From NCBI GenBank assembly GCA_004431415.1, contig QPMI01000282.1, positions 1 through 64,000 on the forward strand: a stretch of 64,000 bases of DNA, read 5' to 3'. The notes beneath the pieces were generated by a model. That model searched no databases and was not told the DNA's origin. It worked only from the letters and a program-made list of their open reading frames with translations. A program made the translations under genes and the position numbers. Source of the DNA: Cyanophora paradoxa CCMP329. Its lineage: Eukaryota; Plantae; Glaucophyta. Positions 1-12,468 of the stretch are shown one piece after another (within the stretch, counting starts at the first letter, position 1; every line of letters begins with the position of its first letter).

Positions 1-3000
1 GCCCGTCCGCAGCTGCACAGCGTGCACTGCTGCTGCAGAACTAGATCTCCCCGCCCATGACGTCGACCCCACCAGCGCCGGCCTTTTGATCGGCACAACG
101 TTAACGCTGCCGTAGCCTCCCACTGCAGCAGCGTAGAGGAGTCGCGGTCTCTCGTGGGCGCACGAGCCTCGAGCTGAAACGCCCCGCGCGGGTTGGCCCA
201 GGCAAGTGGCGCCGGCGAGGCCGATCAGGCGGCGGCGCTGCCGCGCTCGCATCCCAGACGGCCGTGCGCTCTGCACGCCCTTCGCGCTACACGCGCAGCG
301 CGCTCACAGGCTGGCCTCCCAGATCCGCGTGCGGTTGCCCCTCCGGGCGTTTCATCGGCTTGAGGCCGAGCGGCCGTTTCTAGTCTTTCAAAGTTTGGCT
401 CCAGTGGCTGCCATGGCGGGTGATCGCTCAGCGCGTGCGGCGCGGACCCGCCGCGCACCTTGGTAGCGGCTTTACTAGCGAGCCGGCGCCGATACCGTGT
501 CGATCGGGCGCCAGCGCGGCCCGCCATGTCGCAGGCCGGGCGCGTCTTCCGGCAGCTCCGACCGGCTCATCCAGCCGCCGGCGACCCGTGGCCGGAGTCG
601 CCGGCCGCTTCCCCGCCGCCTCGCAGCGCGGCGGCCGAGCCAGCCCCGACGACCCTCTCGCCGCCCCCCGCGGTCCCCTCCCGCCGCCCTCCTCGCGACC
701 TGCCCCTTCGCCATCGCCCACGCCGGTGCGCCCGCCCGCCTCGCCCAAAGCCTCCCCGCCCCGTCCGACGCGCCGCCTCCAGTTTCCCCGCGAGACCGGC
801 CGGCCCGACTTCGTACCCCGCTCCCGTCCTCCGAATATGATTTCATCCTGTACTCCTACAAGTGCGTCCGGGATCGCGTACCCCCCCCCCCCCCCCCGCG
901 CAAGCTTCCCGAGCCCGCCCCGCCTCTCAGGAGGTACCGCCTCGCCCTAGCCGACGGGGCGCCCCCCGAAGCCGACTCCTGGATCGGCGTACCCCTCCGC
1001 CTCCTCCTCCTCTTCGCAGGTGCCGGGCGCCCCCCTCCCCCCTCCCCCGATCCCTCCGAGCCTCCGAACCTCCGCGTACCCCTAGACACCGGCCAACCCG
1101 TGCCGGACAACATGCTGCTGTACCCCCCGAAGGCCGGCCGCCTGGGGATCAAGGCGGACGCGCGGGTGCCGGTGCCGTCCTCCACGCCGGCCGCTACTCT
1201 GACGACCGCTTCGGATTCGGTACCCGTCGCCTCCGTCCTCCCCGACCCCTCTTCGGCCAGGCGCCTTACCTCCCCGCAGCCAACTCGTCCCACTCGTACA
1301 ACCGGCGCCCCACGCGTGCGCCCGCCCCCCCCACCCGCCCTCCACCCTCCCGCGCGTCGAGTCGCACCGCCGGGCGATCTCCCACCCACCCCCCCCCCCC
1401 CCCCCCCCACACACCCCCCCTTCCAGGCTGCTGATCGCGGACGCGGCGAGCGGTACCCCCCTCTGCTACGTTCGCATCTTCGTGGCGTCGTCGAGGAAGG
1501 GGGTGGCGTCGGCGCTGGAGCCGGCGCCGGGGCCCAAGCGGGCGCGCCGGGGCTCGCGGGCCAGCCCCTCTGCGTCGCCCTCGTCCGCGTCGCCGTCCAA
1601 CAGCGACGGCGAGGCCGACTCCGACTCCGAGGGGCCCGCCCCCGCCCGCGCCCCGGCGAAGCAGTGCGCGGCTTCGCGCCGCTCCCCTGTCTCCTCGCCT
1701 GACGCCCTACGCCCTCTCCCTTTCCATCCGAAGCGGCACGGCGGCGTGGGGGGAGGGCCCGGCGGGGGACGCGCTGGTAGACGCCTTCTCGCGCCTGAAC
1801 CCGTTCGTGGCCGGCGACCCCGCCGAGGAGCGCCCCGGCCCCGACCCGTTCGCCCCCCGCGCCCCGCCCGCCCCGCCCGCCCGCCCTCTCGCCTGGGCCC
1901 CCTCGCTGACGCCGGGGCAGCGAGCACAACGCCCTCTCGCCGGGCGGCGGCCTCGTGCCGGCTGCGCCTCCGGGCTCGGCCCCGCTGAGCCCCCCCGCGC
2001 CCGGCGACGTCAAGGCTGAGGCCGACTCCTGGATCGAGTGCGCGGCCCGCCCGCTGGCCCCAGCGAGTCGCCGTGCGGCGGCCGACGCCTCCGCCTTTGT
2101 CTCGCCGCAGGAGCATCGCGTCGGCCGTGGCCAAGCTAGCGGCGGTGCCCGCATGCGCCTGCCCGCCCCCGTCGCGCCCGCCGGCGAGCTGAACTCCTCT
2201 TTCGCCCCGCAGCCTCAGCTGGCTCCGGAGATCCCGCACCCGCGGGCGGCCGCCGCGGAGGGGGCCAAGCCGCCGGCCCGGCACGCGTCGCGCCAGCTGC
2301 AGGCCGTGCGCGCGCGCCCCGCGCCCCGCGCCGCCGCCCGCGCGCCTCCGTTCTGACGCGGGGGCCGCGGCAGCCCTATCGGCACGCGTCGGACGCCGCG
2401 AGGGAAGCGGCGCTCTCCCTCGTCGCCGCCGCGGGTTCGAATCCGATCCGATCCGCTTTCGGGTCCGATCCCGTTCGATCTGATCGATCCGCCCGCCCGC
2501 CAGACGCGGCGGTGCGGTCGACGGCGGCGGCGGCCGGCGTGCGGCACCCCGTCTCCTTCGAGCAGACCATCCCCCGCCGCGTCGCCGCCGCCTGCGAGGA
2601 CCTCGCCACCGTGCGTACCCCCCTCTCTCCCCCGCCCCCGTCGCCTTCCCGACCGGTACCCCCCTACCCCCCGGCAGGCGCTCACCACCCCTGACCTCTT
2701 CGACACTTCCCTCTTCCTCAGCCGCGAGGGTACCCCCCTTCCGTCCCGTCCCCCGTCCCCCTCCAAAGCCGCGCCCCCGCAGGGCGCTTCCGGGCGCGCA
2801 GACTGCTCGAGGACCTGCGGCTCTGCGGCTCGTCCCGCCTCGTGCGTGCCCCGCCCCGACGCTCGGGCCGGTTGGCCGGCGCTCGGCCCCTCCTTGGCTG
2901 AGCCCGGGCCCGGCCCGGCCCGGCGCGCGCACAGCTGGATGGGGTGACGGCGGCGTGGATGAAATGGCTCACCGCCCCGCCCCCCGACGCCATCCAGTGG

Positions 3001-5866
3001 GGAATGTAAGCCCTGCAAACAAGAGCATTTAAGCCTTTTTAGGAGCTTTTCCTCTCCCCTCCTCTTTTAGGAGCCTTTTTGGGGAATGTGCGCCCGGCGA
3101 CCATCTGCGCCTCTCGCACCTCTCTCCTCACGCCCCCCCCCCCCCCCCCTCCCCCCGCCCCCGCCCCCGCCGCAGGGACGACGCGCAGCTGATGGCCGAG
3201 GCGCGCCCCGCCGCCCTACCCCTCCACCCCGCCTGCCGCTGAGCTGATCGCGTACCCCCCGCGCGCCCCGCAGCACTGCTGGAACGCGCTGAACGTCCTC
3301 TGCGGCCACGTTCGCCCCTCCCCCTCCTCCCTCCCCCCCCCCCCTTCTCCCGTCCCATCCTCCCAGGCACTGAGCACCCCCCTCCCCCCCCCCTCCCCCT
3401 CCCCATCCCAGGTGTTCCACGTGACGCTGGACCTGCTCCCTGTGGACCAGTCGTTCATCCTGGCCCTCCTCCACCACGCCGACACCATCACAGCCCCCTT
3501 CTGGGTGCGGAGCGGAGCGGAGCGGAGTAGAATGAGGAGGGAGGGATGTAGTCCAAAGAAGGCCGAGCTTTCCCCTCCGGTCTGACCCGGGGCCGGCAGG
3601 CGGCATCGCCGCTGCTGCACGCGCGGGCGAAGCAAAAGCTGGGGTACGCCCTCGCCGCCGTCGGGGACAACGAGGGCGCCCTGGACGCCTACTTCGAGGC
3701 CCGTACCCCCCCCCCTCCACCCGCCGGCCCCCTCTCTGTCCGAGCGTGAGGCTGGGGTGCGGGGCAGGCGTGGAGCCTGCTGATCCGGTCGGGGAACACG
3801 CCGTCGCGGACGGAAGCGGAGCTGCTGGTCGAGCTGGCGCACCACGCGCTCACGATGCCCGCCAAGTGGGACCTCGCCTCCCACCTCGCCTCCAAGGCCC
3901 GCCCCGCCCCTCCCCGCCTCTCCCCCCCCTCCCTCCCAGTCTCAGCCGGGGGCGCAGCTGTACTGGTTCCGGACGGCGGGGACGGGGGCCGGGGCGGAGC
4001 AGGAGCAGCACGACCTCCACGTCGAAGCCGTCGTCATGCGCACCCTCGGCGAGCCCGTACCCCCTCCCCATTTCTCCCCCCAGCTCTTCTTAGTCGCGCG
4101 CTCGCTGACGGCCTGTGCAGGGCAGGAGGCGTTCATGCGGAAGCGGATGAAGGACGCGAAGCGGTTCTACCTCCGCTCCGCGGAGATCCTCGAGGGCCTC
4201 GCCCCCTGCTACCGGTCCGCCCCGGCGCCCCACTCTCCGGCCGCCGCCACAGCACAGGCCCGACTCGACGCCGACCGCCGCTTCTCCCCCCCCTCTCTCC
4301 GGCAGGGTTCTCGCGGAGCGGGTCTACCAGCTGCTGCACCACATCGCATTCCGCTCTGCGGACTTCCGCTCCGTCCTCCGCGTGCGCCCCGCCCCGCCAC
4401 AGCCCTCTGCCGCGGTCCGACCCTGCGCGGACGCGCGCCCCCGACAGTACTCGCGGGGCTTTAGCGAAATCCAGCTGGAGCTGCACTGCCTATCCTACCA
4501 CGAGCTCGACGTCGGCGTAAACTTCGTCAAATACGTCGTGCGCATCTCTAGACCAGCTAGACTCTGGCCGTAGATTCGGCGCGGCCCGTCTTTCCCCCCT
4601 CCCCTACCCCCCTCCCCCACCCCCCTCCCTTCCCCCCTCCTCCCCTCCCTTCCCCCCTCCTCCCCTCCCCTCCTGCAGAAGGCAGCCTTTCCTCCGCTGC
4701 GTTCCCCCCCACACCCCACATCCCCCATTCTTGCCGCCCGCCCACCCTCCTGGGCGCGCGCAGAAACCGGTCGAAGTGGTAAAAAGCAAGCCGGCGGCGG
4801 CGCTGGAGGGCGGCGGCGGCCACGGCGGCGGCCAGGGGCCCCTCCTGCCGGCCAACCACGACGCCATGTGAGCCGCCCCGGCCGTCTCCTCAGCACAGTC
4901 CGCCGCTCGCCGGGATCGGACTCCGTTCAAGCATGGGCCATGAGCCTAAGCCTCCCCCCCACTTCGTTCGCAGAGAGAAGGCGACGAAGACGATGCGCTG
5001 GTACCTCCGCTTCACGGTACCCCCGACCGCTTCCCGTACCCCCCTCTTTCCTTTCCCGTCGTGAGCGGGAGGGGTACGCAGGACTTCGTGTACCGAAACA
5101 GCCCCTTCCGACCCTGCCTCGCCGGCCACATCTGCTACCACGTACCCCCATCCTTCCCCCCCCTCGTTACACTCTCTGATCGCGTACCCCTCCAGCTCGG
5201 GAGCACGTACATGATGTGCGGGGAGTGGGCCAAGGCGCTCCGCTTCTTCGAGCGCGCCCAGGCCGGCGCCTACCTCCGCTTCCCCGTGCGACCCCGCTTC
5301 GCCACCCCTTGGGATCTGTTCTCTTACGCTTGGGGGTGGGGGTACAGGCGTACTTCCCGCCGCACAACGCGCGGGCGCGGGCGACGGTCGAGGCGATTGC
5401 GGTCTGCCGGGGGCACCTGAGCCCGCTCTCGCTAAGCCCCCCGGACGCCGCGTCGCCGGGGTCCCAGCTGGAGGACATCGACGGGGAGGAGGGCTCCGGC
5501 TTCCCCCGCGCCGGCGCCAAGCGCCCCAGCTCCGCCCTCTCGCCCCCCCTCCTCTACGGCCTCCCGACGGCCCCATCCTCTCTGTCCCCCACGGGGCTCT
5601 CCCCCCCCGGGCCCTCCGGATCTACCCCCTGCGGCCCCGGGGCCGGCGCCCACCGGCCTCCGGCGGCGTCCATGCCGGCGCCCCCGCCGCGGCCCCCGTC
5701 GGCCCCGCGGCAAGTACACGTCGTGCCGCTGCACGGGTCAGGCGCGCCCTACGTGCGGGCGTCCTCCCGCGCGTCCGCGGTGGCAGAGGCACCCCCGCAG
5801 ATCCTTCAGCCGCCCGCAGCTGCTGACGTCGACATCGACGCCGAATTTTGGGAAGAGGCCCCGTAG
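1..5866. repeat. Left arm of a ~6-kb inverted duplication (may extend beyond the window start)
   Basis: Position 1 gcccgtccgcagctgcacag matches the reverse complement of ~18687-18706. Colinear similarity continues to the stop codons at 5866 and 12469. Confidence 0.95.
526..5866 (+). CDS. Multi-exon (>20 introns) hypothetical protein with low-complexity N-terminus and TPR-like helical C-terminal region, copy 1
   Basis: Exons join across short introns, e.g. AASPLLHARAKQKLGYALAAVGDNEGALDAYFE|AWSLL and LGSTYMMCGEWAKALRFFERAQ (TPR-like helix pairs). Exons are conserved in the inverted copy while several introns diverge. ATG 526, TAG 5864-5866. Two homopolymer indels relative to copy 2. Confidence 0.7.
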
Positions 5867-6527
5867 GCCTATGTAAAATTCAGTCCCTTCGGCTTTCTTT
5901 TTTCCTTGTAGTTTCGATGTAGGCATTTCAACCTTTTATAGAAGCCCGTCGGACTCAGAGACGTCGACATGTTTCCATACTTCCCGTTACTTTTTTGCTG
6001 TAACTATGTGCGAACAGTGATTTCGAATTCTTAGTTATGCAGATAGGAACCGTTCAGAACTCTTGAACCTCTGCCGCAGTCTGTTCGCAGTTATTTGGCC
6101 TCCCACGAACCGTCTAGACGTCGATACTGTCGACGTTCGACATCGACGATTGCCCCAGTTATATGGTGTATACGTGTACGTGTGCGCAGTTGCTGTACAT
6201 GTATCCGCGAAGATCGGCAGTTAAAACGCATCGCGTGCCTTTGCATACCGTAGTACATAACGGTTACAAGTGCTTTAAATCTAGTAGTATAAATAATGCG
6301 GGCTATATATATTTGAAGACCTTCAGACAGTATAGGCGGCAAGGAGTCTTGCCGGTTGCACATTGGCACAAACGATATTGAGCTATATATATAAATCTTG
6401 AATTCGAATTCGAATTCGATCTGCAAAACTAAGCTGATCATGAAGAGTCCGACGGTCAGACGCGCAACTAGAAATGCACATAGCCGGACTCCGGGAGCTG
6501 GCATTGGCGTTGCGACGCTGCTCTTAT

Positions 6528-9500
6528 CTAGACACGCAACTGCGCATGCGCATGCGCGGGAGTACTGTAGCTAGTTGCGGCCGCCGCCGGCGTCGATGGG
6601 TTTCCAGTCATGTCGATGTAGACTTGCTGCGCGTTCACGGGCTTGTATGTCGGCTCGAGATTGCTCGCGTTCGAGTTTGCAGCTGTCCACGGGGAGCGAA
6701 GATCCGTGAACGTCGCCTTGCCATCGGTGTCGAACTCGCCCTTGGCGACCGGGTAGGCACCTGCAGCTGCTGCCTGGTCCGGACTGCGCTTGCGCAGATA
6801 CCAGTAGGCCGCAGACCCCAGCAAAGCAAGGAGCACGACTCCGCCAATGGCGCCGCCGACCGCCGCCGCGATAGGGAACGGTTTGGAGTCTGAGCTAGAA
6901 GTATACGTTGTTACAGGCCCGGATGATCCAGCTGCAGAAAGCGGTGTAGGGGCGGGGCCTGCGGCATCGGATTCGCACGTTAACGCTTTGCAAATTGATT
7001 ATCGAAGTGGATGGACCGATCGCGATCGCGATTGATATCAATTTTACATATAAAACAAATACCTGCGTAGATGAGCTCATCTTGAGTGATGCTGAGAACT
7101 CGCCACGGGAGTCCCGCGACACGCTCGAGCAGCCCCTTTGCATACAGATCGAGAAGGAGTTGCGCGGCGGAGATGGAGGTCGTCCCTGAGAAGGCAGCGC
7201 GGCGAATTCGAAGTCAGGTCGAATTATTGCAGCCACGTGCCGTAGGCCATGGCCAGGAGCGGGTACGCACTGGAGCCTCCAGGGGGGTCTCTTATCGAGA
7301 ATTGAGCCTTGACGCTTCCAGAAGCCGTTTTCAATATAGCGACAGAAAGCTTGCCGGAATAGCTCCCGTCGTATATGTCTGGTCTGTTGACGGCGAAGTC
7401 CAGTCCAGCGCGGAGCACTTCGGACTCTTTCGAAGTCCAATCCGCGAAGTTCGTGTCAAGCACGATAGTCATGATGACACCGTTTACGGCGCGCCCGTCT
7501 GCTGTCGGTAGGTCGTGCGGCGGACTGCGATCGATCGTAGCTCTAAAAAACCAATCTTCGCCCTTGCTCCAGCCGGAGTCCGTCGACCCATCTCGCACTT
7601 TGATCGTTACATCTATTTCCACAGAGGTCCTTTTTCCGCAGGTAGTCCCTGAGTTGTAGGCGGAAGGGATCGTCCACTCGAAGACGGAGAGCTTCTCGTT
7701 GTATTTGAAGTCCGAGCCGCTGTTGCAACCGTAGTACCGGCTGTCTGAAGAGTCCGGAACCCAGGCTGTCGACCACTCGTACTTCGAAATGGCTGACTGA
7801 TCGCGACCGCTGTAGCCTGCATCTGCCACGAAGTAGACAGTCTGGCCGACCTTGACTGAGCTTGGACCGACTCTCTGAAAAGCTTTGATCGCAAGGTCTC
7901 CGATTGCCGAACAGGTTGATGGCTTTCCTGAACTGGAGCTGTCGGTGCAGATCTCTTCGCACGTCATCTGAGGGCACTCCAGTGGCAAGCATGGCTTCCA
8001 GATTCGGCGCAAGTTGCAAACACAGTACCCTGGAAGATTCGCGTTAGCGGGGCTGGCCATGGCATATATATATCCGTATGCGTATATGCGCGCGGGCTAC
8101 TGGCACGCTTAAGATCGAGAGCAAATTGAGTTCACCTGAAACGCCCTGCCGAATCAACGCGTTCTTGTCCTTGATCTTGAGATAGTCGTTGTAACCAGAC
8201 CCAGAATTTGCGATACTGTTCAGTTCATTTGACGTGTATGCATTCTCGGGCCGGCAGTCGTCGGCCTGGTGCCAGCAGCCGTACACGCCTTTGCCTTCTT
8301 TGCATCCCCCGTACCCGCCTTTGGGCGTCGGGGGAAGCGGGGAAGGGGTCGGCGTAGGCAGCGGCGTGGGGCTCGGGCTGGGGCTCGGGGATGGAGTCGC
8401 GCTTGGCGAAGGGGTCGGAGAGGGCGTCATCGACGGCGTCGGCGTGGGAGGGGCGATCGCGACAGCTGCGATCGCGATCGCGAGACCCAGTCGTATGCAT
8501 TAGATAACTATATAATCATAATATATATAGATAGACAATGTTCAGTTTAACGCACAAATCTTTGACAGCGCTTTGGTGACTCCCGATGCGGACCTGCCCC
8601 CGTACAGAACCGCACTGCACTCGGTCGATGGACCCCTGCTGAAAACGGCCGAGTGGCGCGCTGGAAGCTGCTGTGGGGCTTTCCAGAGTGTTCCGTCATC
8701 TAATGAAATTGGATATTGCGTCAATGGAAAAATGACGTCGACAGAGATTTAGAGAGATCGAGACTGGCAGCAGATGTTGACGGTAAATTAAATATTCGAC
8801 GCACTGGTATCGATCGCGTAGAGATATGTAGAGGATGTGAAAGTGTCCGAGGCTAACGTAGCCGCCAGACCACCGGCCGCGAAGACGAAGCCATCGCATG
8901 CCCAGAAGGCAGCGGCGGAACGAATGAAAGGGTAGCTATAGGATGACCCCGCCGGTGGCAGATGCTGTGCAATTGTCAAGGGTGAGAAAATGCATATGAA
9001 GGTTTATCGATATCGACCTTAGGGTTTCGTGCGCACACACCATTATATTTAGACGTCGACAGAGTCATTGATTAGCTTAAGTTCTCAATAGTAATTAATT
9101 ATAGGGCAGCTGGATTTGCGTGGCTCCGAGTTTCGTGAATATAAAGAATGGATTTATATCTACCTGAAGCCAGGTGGCATCGCTGCCAGCGAGGTCGTAA
9201 GAGAAGAGTCCATTCAGGAAATTGCCATTCGAATCTCTACCCTGCGATATGGAAGTTATATTGATGAGGGTTTTGAATTTTATTCTATGCATATATGTAT
9301 GGCAGTTATTTGAATTGTGTGCATTACAGATTGAATGGGACTCACTCCAAAGACAAAGAGGCGGGATTGCAGGAGAGCCACGTAGGGGCTGTACAGCTTC
9401 GACATCGGATTTCCCGCCAAAGAATCCGCAATCTTGTCACTCCAACTTTTCGATGACACATCAAAATAGCTGCGCGTGCCAGATGGCCGTGAGCCGAATA

Positions 9501-10929
9501 CAGAAACAAGCGTTAACGTTATTATAAGGCAAGGCTCGGCTCATTGAAATTCTAGGTTACAAATGATTATATATCTTCGTAAACGAACGATAAGGAGTTC
9601 CCAGTCGTTGAAGTGCGGATTCCCGGGACGACCCAGATCTGAGAACGCACGTGAACGTCAGAGCCCGATCATGATCATGATCGTTATATTTCAATTGACA
9701 TGATATAAAGCACGGGAGAAATAAATTCCTGCAAACCCGGTTGTTGTAGAATACTGTGGATGACGCATGCAGAGGTAGCTGTTTTCCTGATGGGAATTTA
9801 AATGGCCACGGCTCCACCCTCTCCATGTTGAGATCAGTACCCGCTATCCCAGAATCCGCTGGACTCACAATTAGAAGAGTATCGCGCCAGGATCAATATG
9901 TGGACATGCTTACAGATTAAGTATATTGCATTGTTTTCGCCTCCGATATAGTACGCAACCGTCCCAGAGGCCGCTCCGGTGCTGACGACCGTCGATCCGT
10001 CCTTGTAAAAATCGAGAAGGTCGATGAATCCAGACTGAAACGTGAACTCAGCGTCGGCGCCGCTCGATTGATTTTCGAGGTGGAAGTTGCCGTTGCCGAG
10101 AATGGAATACGGCATAAACCATACCGATGTGCCAGCTGCGCCATCGAATCCCGATCCGTATGGACGCGGCACCTTACGTCAGTGCACAATCATGCGGAGC
10201 CATGGCCAGCAGCGGCTTTGATATCGATATCGATTAATTCTTGAGCAAATATTATAATTATGCATTCGAATCAATTAAATGTGTTGCATTACGTGTTGTA
10301 AAATCCGAAGCTTAAGCATGTTATATTGAAGGTAAACTTTCGGGCGCCGAGCCGGCGTAAACATGAACGTACCGATGTGAAAGCGCTTCGTTGCGTCGTT
10401 GTATGCGCCAGCTAGCCTCATGTTGAGCAGTCCAGTTTCCGGGATGCTCCCTTGGAGAACGCCCACTAAATACGCGCCATCTTCCGTAACACCATCATAC
10501 ACGATATCATAAGCGGTTGCATTGAGCCGGGCGAGCGCAGTCGCGTTCACTCCAGCTGCGCACGCGGGTACGCTGTCGTCAGCTGCATGCATACATATCA
10601 TAGTATATATATATGCGCGCGCATGCATATGCGCATACCCCGACCGTCGGACGAACGTTAACGCTCGCCCGATCGCGATCGCGCGATCGTAGGCCCGCGG
10701 CCGCATGCGCAGCCGCCCGCATCCACGCGTATGTACACGAGAGCTTGCAATTGTGGCTTATAGCCCGCGCCCGGAACGCGATCGCAAGCGCTATAGGTCT
10801 CTAGCAGCTGCAGGCGCTAGCTCACGCGTACGTACCGGACGAGCAAGGTGCGAGTAAGGCCGAAAGGATCGCAAGCACGGCGACCGTCGCTGCGGATGAG
10901 CAGCTACAGAAAGCAGGGGCTCTCGCCAT
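6528..10929 (-). CDS. Type I membrane/cell-surface protein: signal peptide, Kelch-like segments, Thr/Pro/Ser stalk, Cys-rich and Ig/PKD-like region, TM helix, cytoplasmic tail
   Basis: First exon [31 protein letters not shown]|gtacgt; Kelch-like ARHSAVF..AVLYGG and IAGGKSDV; [21 protein letters not shown] repeat near 8340-8450; [29 protein letters not shown] followed by RKR; stop at 6528. Domain names are inferred by eye. Confidence 0.7.
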
Positions 10930-12468
10930 TCGCTTCAGCTAGTCTACAAGACAGGGCCTCAGCTGTGCGCAAGTTGGAAGCAGCACCGCGGCCGCCTTGC
11001 ACGTGTACAGCCGCAGCTGGCGCCGTGCGGTGATGTGAGATGCGCGCAAGCTTAAGAGTGCTGTATACGTAGCTAGTGGCGCCGGCCTTCGAATTCAAAG
11101 TGCTGAAGGGCTATAGCGCTACTACTAGGCTAGCGATAGCTAGCTATAGCTATAGCTAGCCGGCTGCGAACGGTTCTGCTGCCAGACTCGCGATGCATAT
11201 GGGGGCTCGGAAGCTGAGTTGCGCGCGTACGGACTCGCGATCGCCAGCCGCAGGACTAGCGCCCCGTCCGACAGTCCAGGCTAAGCCCGGCCCGCTGCCG
11301 TGCCAGCTGCAGGCCCGGCCCGGCATGCGCATGAACGACACGAACGAGGCTTCGTGTTGAGGCCCGAGCTAGAGGTTTCGGCCAGGATGAATCGAAATTA
11401 AAGCGAATCGTTTTTTCCCTTTTTCAAGTTCGCGCTCTTTTTTTTCGACTCGCGATCGAAGAATTCGAAGCCTAGAGGCTAGAACTAGAAGCCTAGAACT
11501 AGGCGGCTACGCCGGCCGGGCACTATATAGCTGCAGCTAGGATGCCGCAGGCCCGCAGCGCACTCGGCCCGAACCGCCCGGCTAGCGCTAGCCTGGCTAG
11601 GCTAGGCTAGGCTAGCAAAAAAGAATGAATGCGGATATCGACTACCCTCCGATTCATTCCGCCCGAAATGAGCTTCGGCATTGAATCGGCAATTGCAAAC
11701 GCATGGCACATATGCATGAGGCCCGGGCTTGAGGCTTCGACATGCACATGAAGTTGTCGCTATGAACTCGAAAAGGCGCATGCTAGCCATAAATATATAT
11801 AGCGGACGACGTCTATAGCTACGGGTACCGGTATTACGGCGGTATATAGATAGCCAGCGTATATATATATCATAGTATGCGTATATACGTAGTGCAACGT
11901 TAACCCCGGGCACTGTACATATATATACGGGTACTGCGGGCCAATCTGCGGCTTATAATTAGGTTCTACGGTATATATATATCATAGTATAGCTACCTGG
12001 CCATGGCTGAGCCTTGTAGCCCCAGGCCGCTAGCGCTCCTAGGCCTCCAAGCTACAGCGCTAGGCTCCGCTAGCTAGCCCCGGGGCACGTTTCCACGCGT
12101 GCACGTGACAAGTTCCCCCCGGCGTTAAGGTTGCTCACAGCGTCAAGAATCATTTAATTATAATTAGCAATACAACTACGTCGACGTCTAGACGTATACG
12201 CATACAATTAACTGCATCGACGTCTGAACGGGCCCTACAGCTATCTGCTTACATAGCCATCCTTAATTATTACCTGCATACTTCGCAATCGATAAAGGAT
12301 AATGATGTAACTATGCATAACTGCATAACTCACTGTCCTATCCTAAACAATCCCTGTCTGCATCACTCAGTAACCTCGAGCTCTCAAGGAGAATAAAGTG
12401 TCCACATCGAAGCCCTTGAACTGCAAGACCAACAGAGCAAACGAAAGGACACGAACTGTGCCGGATGC

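Noticed and set aside
2354-2356. TGA splitting the TPR-like locus into two genes
   Set aside because: It is part of a ctgac branch-point motif in an intron; splicing continues the frame to PYRHASDAARE.
8453-8482. Cyanobacterial HIP1 (GCGATCGC) as a sign of plastid-derived DNA
   Set aside because: It is one of many enriched palindromes in this DNA, so it is not diagnostic.
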